The notes under the pieces are model-generated. The model ran no database searches. It was not told where the DNA came from and saw only the letters and a program-made list of their open reading frames with translations. 64,000 bases of DNA from Candidatus Omnitrophota bacterium (GTDB taxonomy: Bacteria > Omnitrophota > Gorgyraeia > B26-G9), in NCBI GenBank assembly GCA_043805415.1, contig JAZDHZ010000034.1, positions 101,478-165,477 on the forward strand. Reading direction: 5' to 3'. Below, one piece after another: positions 1-9,200 of the stretch. Made by a program: the position numbers and the translations under genes. The stretch's first letter is position 1. Every line of letters starts with the position of its first letter.

Positions 1-2
1 AG

Positions 3-614
3 CAGGCGGGAGTTAATAGAATTAATAAAATATTTTTTAAGAAAAAAGCGGATAATTTCATTAAAAGTGTTTACAGAGAATATGATTTGCTAACTGATGA
101 TTATTTTAAAGAGGCAATCCAATGCGCTAAAAAAAATGAGCTGACATTATTAGAAAACAGAAAGTTGCAGGAGGAGGAATTTAGAAAACCATTTAATATC
201 CTTAAGCTGGGCCTAAAAAAATTTATAGTTGAAAGAAAAAGCATTATGCGGATAAAAGCTGAAATCATTGCCGATATTTTAGCAGCTATAGCTCAACCGG
301 ATATTTCTAATATTATTACGTATTATCATATTTTCTATAATAAATTAAATCTATGCAGGACTGTTTTAGCTGTAAAATTATATAAATCAGCTAAAGGAAG
401 CTTGCCGGATAGTTTAGCCTTGCTTGTGCCGGAGTATTTAGAAGAAATTCCCATGGATACCTATAATGACTTCAAGCCATTATCATATATTAAAACAGAA
501 AATACAGCTAAAATATACAGTATTGGACCGGACAGAAAAGATGATTCAGGAGCAATCGAGTTTAAAGAGGAGGATCTCTCTAAGGGAGGAGATATCCTGA
601 TTTCTGTTGAATGA
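3..614 (+). CDS. hypothetical protein, 5' end outside the window
   Basis: The frame is open from nt 3, with no in-frame stop upstream of the TTG at 87 used by the ORF track. Stop TGA 612-614. The C-terminal 'SIGPDRKDDSG' weakly recalls GspG-type pseudopilin tails. Confidence 0.45.
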   Translation, partial: QAGVNRINKIFFKKKADNFIKSVYREYDLLTDDYFKEAIQCAKKNELTLLENRKLQEEEFRKPFNILKLGLKKFIVERKSIMRIKAEIIADILAAIAQPDISNIITYYHIFYNKLNLCRTVLAVKLYKSAKGSLPDSLALLVPEYLEEIPMDTYNDFKPLSYIKTENTAKIYSIGPDRKDDSGAIEFKEEDLSKGGDILISVE

Positions 615-727
615 AAATAAAGAGAAACATTTCTGTAAAATTTTTAAATCAGGAAAACATGATCTTAAAAAACAGCCGGAGCAGTATTTACTTGTAGTTT
701 GATTAAGGAAAATAAATAGGAGAAAGC

Positions 728-1858
728 ATGAAAAATTGTCCAAAGTGCGCGAAAAAGTATGATGATTCATGCGAGGTGTGTCTTAATTGCAATGTGAAAT
801 TAGTCGATGTCAATGTCAGGCTTGCTCAGCTTGAAGCACAGGCCGATGCCCTGCGCCAAGAGGATCAAGGCATTGCTCGGGTGTCAGCAGTTGACCGCAA
901 CTCGTACCTTATCAGGAATGAGCTCAGAGAGATTCCAGCTGAGCTTGCCGGGAAGTTCTATTTCCAGGTTGAATCCCCGGTTGATCTGCCATGTGTCGGC
1001 GATTGGGTAACTGTGCGATATCACAGTAATGACACTGCGGCAATTATCCACGATGTGTTTCCGAGAAAGACCTTTCTCCGCCGTAAATCCGCTGGTGAAA
1101 AGGTGGATTTCCAGATGATTGGAGCCAACATTGATATTGCTTTCATTGTCCAGTCGTGCCATTTTGATTTTAACATGCAGAGAATGGATCGGTACCTGGT
1201 GATGGCAGCAGACGGGGGTGTTGAACCGATTGTTGTTCTTACTAAGACGGATTTGATTAGTTCCGAAGAACTGGAACACAAGCTTGTTGCCATTAAATCA
1301 AGCACCAGTACAGCCAGAGTCCTTGCTCTCAGCAATATCACGGGCAATGGTTTTGACGAATTTCAGCAGGTATTAGTTCCGGGAAAAACATATTGTCTTC
1401 TCGGTTCATCAGGAGTCGGCAAGACTACTCTGATCAACCGCTTGATTGGGCAGGACGCCTTTGACACAAAGGCAGTGAGTGGAACAGGAGAAGGTACGCA
1501 TACAACTGCGCGCCGCCAGCTTATTGTGCTTAAGCAAGGCTCCATGCTTATTGACACCCCAGGAATGCGGGAGCTGGGCCTTCTCGGTGCAGGCGCAGGG
1601 GTCAATCAAGGTTTTCAAGAAATCTTCCGGCTTTCGCTGGATTGTCGTTATCTGAATTGCGGCCATACCCATGAACCCGGTTGCGCGGTTCGAGCCGCGG
1701 TATCAAACGGGGGATTGAATGAAGAGCGCTATTCCAGCTTTATGAAGCTCAAGAAAGAGTCGGAGTTTCACGACATGTCTTACCTGGACAAACGGAAAAA
1801 GGACAGGGCATTCGGACGCTTTGTTAAGACCGCAAAAAAGAATATGAAAAATAAATGA
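728..1858 (+). CDS. rsgA: ribosome small-subunit-dependent GTPase A (RsgA/YjeQ) with an extra N-terminal zinc ribbon
   Basis: Walker A 'GSSGVGKTTLINRL', 'DTPGMRE', and the C-terminal Zn knuckle 'CRYLNCGHTHEPGCAV' are typical of the circularly permuted GTPase RsgA. The N-terminal 'CPKC...CLNC' is an add-on. Confidence 0.9.
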   Translation: MKNCPKCAKKYDDSCEVCLNCNVKLVDVNVRLAQLEAQADALRQEDQGIARVSAVDRNSYLIRNELREIPAELAGKFYFQVESPVDLPCVGDWVTVRYHSNDTAAIIHDVFPRKTFLRRKSAGEKVDFQMIGANIDIAFIVQSCHFDFNMQRMDRYLVMAADGGVEPIVVLTKTDLISSEELEHKLVAIKSSTSTARVLALSNITGNGFDEFQQVLVPGKTYCLLGSSGVGKTTLINRLIGQDAFDTKAVSGTGEGTHTTARRQLIVLKQGSMLIDTPGMRELGLLGAGAGVNQGFQEIFRLSLDCRYLNCGHTHEPGCAVRAAVSNGGLNEERYSSFMKLKKESEFHDMSYLDKRKKDRAFGRFVKTAKKNMKNK

Positions 1859-1925
1859 CGTGTGTCGAACAATCAGCTCCAGCGGACGCGCGCGGCTGAC
1901 CCATGTTTCTTAAACGAGAAAATAA

Positions 1926-2903
1926 ATGATGAAAACAAAAACAATTACAGTATTAGTAATGGCTTTTATCTTTGTTTCTGCAGGATTAGTTTTTCCTGAT
2001 TCTACCCAGGTAAAAGGAAAACCGCTTCCAGGTAAAATATTACTGATTGTGGGCCAGGACAACAAAACAATAGATGCGTATATTGAATCAACGGGAATAG
2101 TGCCCGGGGGATTCATGGGATATACTTCTATTCAGAAAATGGAAGGGCTCAATAGTCCTTCACCAGACTATGGGTCAGGTATTTTTTACGCGGATGAACT
2201 TATTCAAAAATACCCCAATACGGTTTTGCAGATCGGCTTATATATGGTAGATGGCCTGGAATCAACGTACCAGGGAGTATATGACGATAATATTAAAATA
2301 TTGGCAGATTGGTTGAAAAAAATAAATATCCCGGTATTCTTACGTATTGGCTATGAATGTGAAGGAATGCATAACCATTATGATCCCGAAAACTATAAGA
2401 AAGCTTACTGTTACTTGGTAGATAAATTGAAAGCTGCCGGCATTGGTAACGCGGTGTATGTATGGCATTTGCACGCGCACAGGACAGATACCAACCTTGA
2501 TCTTTGGTACCCGGGAAAAGATTATGTTGATTGGGTAGGTATTTCTTACTTCGCGCAAGACCCTAAAGCAATGGAACATGTAGTTAACTTCGCGAGAAAA
2601 GAGAATAAACCTGTGATGATTGCTGAATCTACCCCCTTAGGAGTAGGAACTATATGGGGAGAAATGTCCTGGAAAAGATGGTTTGAACGTTTTTTCCAGC
2701 TTATCGACGAATATGACATTAAAGCAGTCAGCTATATTAACAGCAATTGGGAAGAACAATCTATGTGGAAAGATCAAGGCTGGGGTGACGCGCGGATTCA
2801 AGCTAATTCCTATATAAAAGAACAGTGGCTCAAAGAAATCAGCAAAGATAAATATCTTAAATCATCCAAAGATTTATTTAGAAACCTGGGATTTGCTAAT
2901 TAA
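1926..2903 (+). CDS. secreted glycoside hydrolase, GH26-like
   Basis: N-terminal signal-like segment. 'RIGYECEG', 'WYPGKDYVDWVGISYF' and 'KPVMIAESTP' follow the GH26 pattern (R.G.E..., YYPGD.YVDW.G.D.Y, kP..i.E), recalled from memory. Confidence 0.6.
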   Translation: MMKTKTITVLVMAFIFVSAGLVFPDSTQVKGKPLPGKILLIVGQDNKTIDAYIESTGIVPGGFMGYTSIQKMEGLNSPSPDYGSGIFYADELIQKYPNTVLQIGLYMVDGLESTYQGVYDDNIKILADWLKKINIPVFLRIGYECEGMHNHYDPENYKKAYCYLVDKLKAAGIGNAVYVWHLHAHRTDTNLDLWYPGKDYVDWVGISYFAQDPKAMEHVVNFARKENKPVMIAESTPLGVGTIWGEMSWKRWFERFFQLIDEYDIKAVSYINSNWEEQSMWKDQGWGDARIQANSYIKEQWLKEISKDKYLKSSKDLFRNLGFAN

Positions 2904-3056
2904 ATATCGAACAATTTTATCCGCCTGACTTTTTCCGCGTTTTCTTTGCTCCAAAAACAGAGAAGACTTGCTAACCCTAATCATTGGCATAAATTAGAGA
3001 AATAGTGTATAGTTAGGCAATATGTTTTGCGGATTACTTTAGAAAAAGCGGGAATC

Positions 3057-3809
3057 ATGGTTATGAAAAATATTGTTATAGGCTTTATTTTGCTGATTAG
3101 TGTGTGTGTTGGCAACTGCTTTGCCCTGGATGCTCTGTCTCCGCGTTTGAGTCTGGATAAAACTACTTTTCAGGGATACTTGCTTAAACCTCAATTGGAG
3201 CTGCTAAAAACCGCTCAGGAATTTACCGCGGAATCTCCGAGTCCGGCGGATAAACTGGGTAAAGTTATTTTTCGAGTAAATCTTAATGGAGAAAAACTAA
3301 TTGTCCGCAAGCGCGTAGAAGATTACGGCGATGAGGTGGAAGTTCATCATGCCTTGACCCGGGTAGAGGCCAAGGGCAGGGAAAAATACTTAGGACAATG
3401 CTGGTACACTATTGATGATGTTCAGGCTGTGTTGCAGGAATCCTATGATATGACTCCTGCTGTGCGGATTGAAGACAAAGACAAAGGCAAAGGATATGGC
3501 AGCGTGCTTTTTGCCGCGGTTATTGAAAACGCTGGGCAAAATGGAATTAATCGCTTTCTTATTTACCAGCCGACAACTTCTTTGTACGAAAAATTCGGAT
3601 TTGAGGAAATTGGTGATTATGGCCTGTCTTATAAAAACCTCAAGCCAGATGATCCATCCGCGTTTAGCATAGCGCGGGATTTGGCTGGGCAGCGCGGCAA
3701 ATTACTTAGTGTTGAAGGCATGTTTTTATTTGCCTTAAAAACCGCGCGGCAGCCGATAGCTAAGTTGCAGTTTGAGATAGTAAATGATGTTCTCGATGGT
3801 TCAGTCTGA
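3057..3809 (+). CDS. terminal-signature family member with GNAT acetyltransferase motif
   Basis: Leader 'MVMKNIVIGFILLISVCVGNCFA', N-box 'ALSPRLSLDKTTFQGYL', tail 'LDGSV-stop'. GNAT motif A 'KGKGYGSVLFAAVIENAGQNG...LYEKFGFEEIG'. ATG 3057 preferred over TTG 3027. Confidence 0.7.
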   Translation: MVMKNIVIGFILLISVCVGNCFALDALSPRLSLDKTTFQGYLLKPQLELLKTAQEFTAESPSPADKLGKVIFRVNLNGEKLIVRKRVEDYGDEVEVHHALTRVEAKGREKYLGQCWYTIDDVQAVLQESYDMTPAVRIEDKDKGKGYGSVLFAAVIENAGQNGINRFLIYQPTTSLYEKFGFEEIGDYGLSYKNLKPDDPSAFSIARDLAGQRGKLLSVEGMFLFALKTARQPIAKLQFEIVNDVLDGSV

Positions 3810-3959
3810 TCCACGCCTTGTGCTGGTTCAAGCAGTAAGATATAATCAAAGTTTTCCTTCCGCGATGATTTTCCAAAGCAAAACAAGCCAGTTTCCTTTT
3901 ATCGGTTTTTAAGGTAAAATAAGATTAACCAGCGGAGAAGTCGGACGGGTCAAAAAAAT

Positions 3960-4424
3960 ATGCTGATGAACCTATACATTGACGGCGATGCTTTTCCCAA
4001 TAGTCTGAAGCAAATTTTATTTCGGGCGATTGAACGCTTTGCTTTGCCGACATTTGTAATCTCAAACAAGCGGATCAATATTGGAAATTCAAAGCACATA
4101 AATTATATTATTGTTGACGCTGGACCTGATGAAGCTGACCAGCGGATTGTGGAAATGGCTGAAGAAGGGGATCTGATCATTACCGCGGATATTCCTTTAG
4201 CTGACAAAGTGATAACAAAAAAAGCTTATGCCTTAGACCACCGCGGAAAGTTTTTCAGCGAGGATAATATCAAATACTATTTATCCATGCGTAATCTGAT
4301 GCAAGAGATCCGGGATAATGGGATGATGACTAAAGGCCCGGCGGCTTTTAGCCAAAAAGACGCGCATGAATTTGCTAATCAATTGAACCAATTTTTAATA
4401 GAGCAAAAACAGCTTAGGGGATAG
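3960..4424 (+). CDS. yaiI: UPF0178/YaiI (DUF188) family protein
   Basis: 'LYIDGDAFP...IVEMAEEGDLIITADIPLA' matches the YaiI/YqxD family pattern. Confidence 0.75.
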   Translation: MLMNLYIDGDAFPNSLKQILFRAIERFALPTFVISNKRINIGNSKHINYIIVDAGPDEADQRIVEMAEEGDLIITADIPLADKVITKKAYALDHRGKFFSEDNIKYYLSMRNLMQEIRDNGMMTKGPAAFSQKDAHEFANQLNQFLIEQKQLRG

Positions 4425-4484
4425 AAGCTGGAAGAATAGAAATGTGCTAAGCATTGAATGTAATAATAATTGAAAGGGACAAAA

Positions 4485-5399
4485 ATGTCAGCAGAATGCG
4501 TGTATCCTCTGGACAATGAGACGCTTGAGTTATTTGCGGGAACACAGAATCCACAGGGTTTTAATCCTAATGCAGTTAAGATAAGACGGATTATGCAGAT
4601 TACCCGCGACTTGGCAAAAAAGCCTTTTGATCAGCTAAAGATTCTGGACTTAGCCTGCGGCCAGGGTGTTTATGCTATTGAAGCAGCATTGCGAGGCGCA
4701 AAGGTATTAGCCATTGATGCCAGAACTGAGCGGATGAACCAAGGAATAAAAATCGCGGAAAGTCTTAAACTTAAGAATCTTAAGTTTGAGCAGGTTGATG
4801 TCCGCGAGGTTAATCTTGCCTTAAAGGGAAGTTTTGATGTTGTGTTTTTCCTGGGGATTTTGTATCATCTTGATAAAAGCGATATATTTACTGTTTTAAA
4901 GAATATTTATGATATCTGCCAAGAGTTTATGATTATTGATACGCATATCTCCTTAAACGGAGAGCAGACAGTTGAGTATAAGGGACAGATATACTATGGT
5001 AAACAGGTGCGTGAGCATGATAATCGGGATTCAGCTGATATCCGGAGAAACAGATTATTATCTTCATTGGATAATGAAATGAGTTTCTGGTTTACCAAAC
5101 AGTCTTTATTTAAACTGCTTAATGATCTTGGGTTCACTAGTGTCTGTGAGTGCATGGTGCCGCTGGAACCGCTTAAGCCGCAAGATAGGATTTCGCTTAT
5201 TGCTTTTAAGGGAGAACCAGTAAAAATTTCCGCATATCCCTGGATCAATGGAAAAAGCGAGGATGAAATAAAGCGGATTCTCGCTGATGCGGAGGACATG
5301 TCTCGCGGGAAAAATAAAAAAACCGGGGTCAAAGGATTTATTAAATCCTTAATCAATGGGATATTGAATTGGTTTGGACTGGAGATTAGGCGGCTGTAA
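4485..5399 (+). CDS. class I SAM-dependent methyltransferase
   Basis: Motif I 'ILDLACGQGVYA' and post-I 'VLAIDAR'. The AAAGGGA Shine-Dalgarno sequence sits 5 nt before ATG 4485. The ORF track starts at TTG 4470. Confidence 0.75.
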   Translation: MSAECVYPLDNETLELFAGTQNPQGFNPNAVKIRRIMQITRDLAKKPFDQLKILDLACGQGVYAIEAALRGAKVLAIDARTERMNQGIKIAESLKLKNLKFEQVDVREVNLALKGSFDVVFFLGILYHLDKSDIFTVLKNIYDICQEFMIIDTHISLNGEQTVEYKGQIYYGKQVREHDNRDSADIRRNRLLSSLDNEMSFWFTKQSLFKLLNDLGFTSVCECMVPLEPLKPQDRISLIAFKGEPVKISAYPWINGKSEDEIKRILADAEDMSRGKNKKTGVKGFIKSLINGILNWFGLEIRRL

Positions 5400-5455
5400 G
5401 ATTGAATGGATCGCAACCCGCTGCAAAATAGCGTTGATCAAATATTATCTGAGCG

Positions 5456-5926
5456 GTGAGACCTTTGAGCTTGTCGGCATTTCAGAACCTTGCTCAGAAA
5501 ATCGGAATTAAAACCACGCGGCTGTGGATTAAAAAAATCAGCTATGGCAATCAGGATATATCCGCGGGAATCGACTGTTTCTGGCTTGCAGCCAAAGCTA
5601 GGAAGACGATTCTTATTTCGCCAATGGAACAGGCGCAGTTAATGTCTAGGCTTATTTCCGGGAACACGGCTTTTTCCGCTAAATCAATCGCTGTACTCAA
5701 GGAAATGATGCGAACTAAACAGACAGAACAGGGAACTGTTTATGGAAAAACCGGTTCTGGTGTAAATGAAACCGGCAGCTATGATTTGGGATGGTATGTT
5801 GGTTTTGTGGAAAACAAACAAAAAACATATGCCTTTGCTTGTCTGGTCAAAGGGGATAATCTTATGGGAAAAGACGCCAAAGAGATTGTGGAAACAGTTT
5901 TTTTCAACAAGGCTGATTATAAATAA
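5456..5926 (+). pseudogene. class D (OXA-like) beta-lactamase / BlaR-sensor-type penicillin-binding domain, C-terminal remnant
   Basis: 'YGNQDISAGIDCFWL...ISPMEQAQLMSRL', the 'GKTGSG' KTG box and 'GWYVGFVE' match the C-terminal ~60% of class D enzymes. The STFK active-site region is absent, and only 56 nt separate this ORF from the upstream gene. Confidence 0.6.
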
Positions 5927-6156
5927 TCGCGGAAAATATTGTTTCGCTGATTTTTAATATCTGCAAATATGGAAAAAAGATGTATTTTGATTAATAATTG
6001 TTTTATTATCCTTGCCTGAAAATACCCTGGAGTTAATAAAAACAGCAAAGAACAATAAACCCAGCCATGTTTTACTCTTATAATAAACCTAATACCTTAG
6101 TCATAACTAACTAAAAATAAAAGAGTAGTGTTTATTATAAAAAGCTCGCTAGTCCA

Positions 6157-6185
6157 TTGAAAAACATTGTTTTATGTGGTATACT
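6157..6185 (+). promoter_or_regulatory. extended -10 promoter for the 6256-15142 operon
   Basis: TTGAAA (6157-62), 17-nt spacer, TGg TATACT (6180-85). A second TATAAT lies at 6196-6201. Confidence 0.6.
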
Positions 6186-6255
6186 TTCACGGTTTTTATA
6201 ATTTTTTATAACTCTAAATATGTCGGCTTGTTAGGTTAAGGTCAAAGGAGTAAAA

Positions 6256-9200
6256 ATGTTTTTTAGAAAAAGAAATAGTTATCGCGTTAAAATCACAACT
6301 TTTATTATTTTACAGTGTTTTATAATTATAAATAGTCAAAGTATTTTTGCCCAGGAACAGCGGATTGTTTTAAGCCGCCAGCAAACAAGTACTCTTTCTC
6401 CGCACTTAAGCATCGGAATGAACTTGATTCAAGCAATTTTTTCCGAAAAAAGTCAACAGCCGATTGCCGCATCCAATCTTCCCGGAACACTGATATCATT
6501 GCGTGATACCGGAAGTATCAAAGAATTATTAAGCGGCAAAGACGTATTTTTGAATGACCTTTGGGCTAGAAAAACCTTAGGAGTACCCACGGCAATCAGT
6601 AGCCTGCGCAGTGAAGATAATAATTTTGATTTATGGGATTGGGGAAAAGGGGACATGGGTGAATCCAGCCGCCAGCATATTTTATGGTTAGCCAAGAATG
6701 GCTTTTCCCGCTGGATGCGCTTACCTAACCGGAAAACCCGGGCTTTATTCGGAGACCCCAGCCCCTATGCTTCACGCAGCGCGTTTGCCGGGGAAGATTC
6801 GGATATTGCTGTGCCGGAAGTGGAGGAATTTATTAATTCAAAACAAGCGCAGGCTTGGTATGAGCAAAATAAAAACCGGATTAAGGATTTACATAATGCG
6901 AATAGAGTAAATGGAATGGAAGTAGCGAGATTGAAAAATGAGGCTTTGTGGCTGGCAATGGAGTATTTTAAAGAAAATCATTTAAATAAAAATACTTCGC
7001 GCGGTAAAGCTTTTGATAGTTTTTTAAATGATAAAGATAATGACTGGGTAAGTGAATACGCGGAATATATGGCCATAAGCGAATATTACTGGGATACAAA
7101 AAAAGCTGTTTTTTTTGAGATAAATGAAGATATCTGGTCAAACATCGACCAAAAATTAAAAGGCCTGGTGCATGACCTGAACGTGGCCATAAGCACTGAT
7201 AAAATTAAAGATGTCGGGCGTTTATATGAAATGATTGATGATTTTTTCGCGCAGTATTACCAGAATAGTATTGTGGCAAACGAAACCGATATCTTTAGAT
7301 TGAATATTTATCAGTCATTGCTGGACAAAATAAAACAGGGAATTTTAAAAGACCTTGTGCGGGGCAATATTAAATCGCTTGTTGAGGCAGATGAACCGGA
7401 ATGCGCGAAAATACTTTTGGATGGTTATGAGCGTTCCAAACAAGCGTTTCGCTATGATATCAAAGACGCGATTGGCCAGGAATGTATGGCTGACTGGAGA
7501 AATTGGGACAATGCCGGATTGGTGGAGCGCGATCCTATTGTTTTAGCCCAATTCCGGGAAAAACTGGAAGATAAAATATTGTTTCATAAGTACGCGCAGT
7601 TTATTTTTAATGAGCAGGAAAAAAACATGAAAGAATTTGCCAACAGCAATGGCATTGCCATAGAAGGAGATATTCCTTTTTATGTGTCAACCATAAGCTG
7701 TGAAACCTGGGTGTATAAAGATAAGATATTCCGGCTTGATCCGAAAAACCGCTATCAGCAGATGGCTGACAGCGGAGCGCCGCCAGACCAGTATGACCGC
7801 GAATACGGACAAAACTGGGGCGGGACTCCTTATTATATAAATGCGGCGTTTAAGCAATTTTTCTATAAACGCACAAAACATGAATTAAAGAACGCGGATG
7901 GTATCAGGATTGATCACTTCCGGGCGCTTAATGATTTCTGGGTAATTCCTCATGGCAAGCTTGGCCGGGACGGTAAGTTTGAAGATGGGCCAAAAGATGA
8001 ATTATTGCAGCCTTTGCTTAATCTGGCATTGGGACAGTTTAAACGTTTTTTTGCCGAAGATCTGGGCTCATATCTGGAAGGAGTCTGGGATCTGATGCGG
8101 GATAATGAAGTTAAGGGCTTTCGGGTAGCGATATTCGGCCATGGTGATGATGATGACATAGTTCATCGGCAATATTCCGGGCAGATTGCTTTTTCCGGCA
8201 CGCATGATACTCAGACCTGGTTTGGCGCTTGGAATCAATGGGATAGTGTTAAACGGAGAATATTCCTGGACAGGTTTACGCATGATGATATTCCGGAGAT
8301 TTGGCAGCGCTTAACATCTGAACAGAGAAAAGGGTTTTTAAAATACCTTAATTATTTAGTAAAGCAGTTAAAAGCAGATACAGCAAACATAAACAAACAT
8401 AGCGAGTTTCAATCTGAAAGCAAAGATTTTTTCACAGAGAATAATTTTAAAACGCAGTTGAAAAAAGTCCGCGTTATTACAAGGAGTTTGGTTGATCTTG
8501 AAGAATTGCCATTTGGCGTGCAAACCGCTGTTTTCGGAATCCTGGCTTTTTCCGAAGCAGATACAGTATTTCTGCCGATGCAGGATATATTCCGGCAGGG
8601 TGAAGAGTTTCGGATAAATGTTCCGGGCAGGCCCGGAGATTGGGGCTACCGCCATCCTTATACCGGACAGGAATTGAATAAAGCAATAAATGAAGAAATA
8701 AAAAAAGCTGATGAATTAATGCGGCTGCTGGCGCAAACTTCCGGCCGGGATGTTAGCGTGCCTTTGTACAAAAAAGGCCAAGGCGTGCATATTCTGGGTG
8801 TTTCTCCGGGTGTTAATGCCAAGAAGATGTGCAAACCAGGCGAGGAGTTTATTATCTGGGCGGCAGTACAGGGTGATAAACCAGCTAAGGTTAATCTGCT
8901 GACAAATATGCCTGAGCATAATGGCGCGTATCCTAAAGAACAGGCAGTGGCCATGGAATTAGTAAAAGAATTAAAGAGCGGAACCTATCTTTATGGAGTA
9001 AGAATAAGAGCAACACAGCCAGGCAAATGGGGAGTCGCGGTTGAGGCGGATAATGTAAGAGCCGGAGAGGTTAAGGAGAATACCAGTCTGGTTGTAAGCG
9101 CTTTGGATAAAATAGCGCCTTTGGCTAAAGAACAAGAAGCTGTGCTGCGGATCGCGGCCGGGATTTCCAAGGAAAAACTGCAAAGGATTTTAAATGAGTT

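Noticed and set aside
884-1672. Four long minus-strand ORFs (884-1279, 1021-1347, 1363-1605, 1409-1672) and the + ORF 807-1010 inside rsgA.
   Set aside because: These are shadow ORFs, expected in a locally GC-rich segment. rsgA has unambiguous motifs in the + frame, and the shadow ORFs have no recognisable motifs or ribosome-binding sites.
5766-5957. 63-aa + ORF overlapping the beta-lactamase remnant. Also the small ORFs at 46036-46405.
   Set aside because: They overlap better-supported frames and have no motifs. They are likely non-coding.
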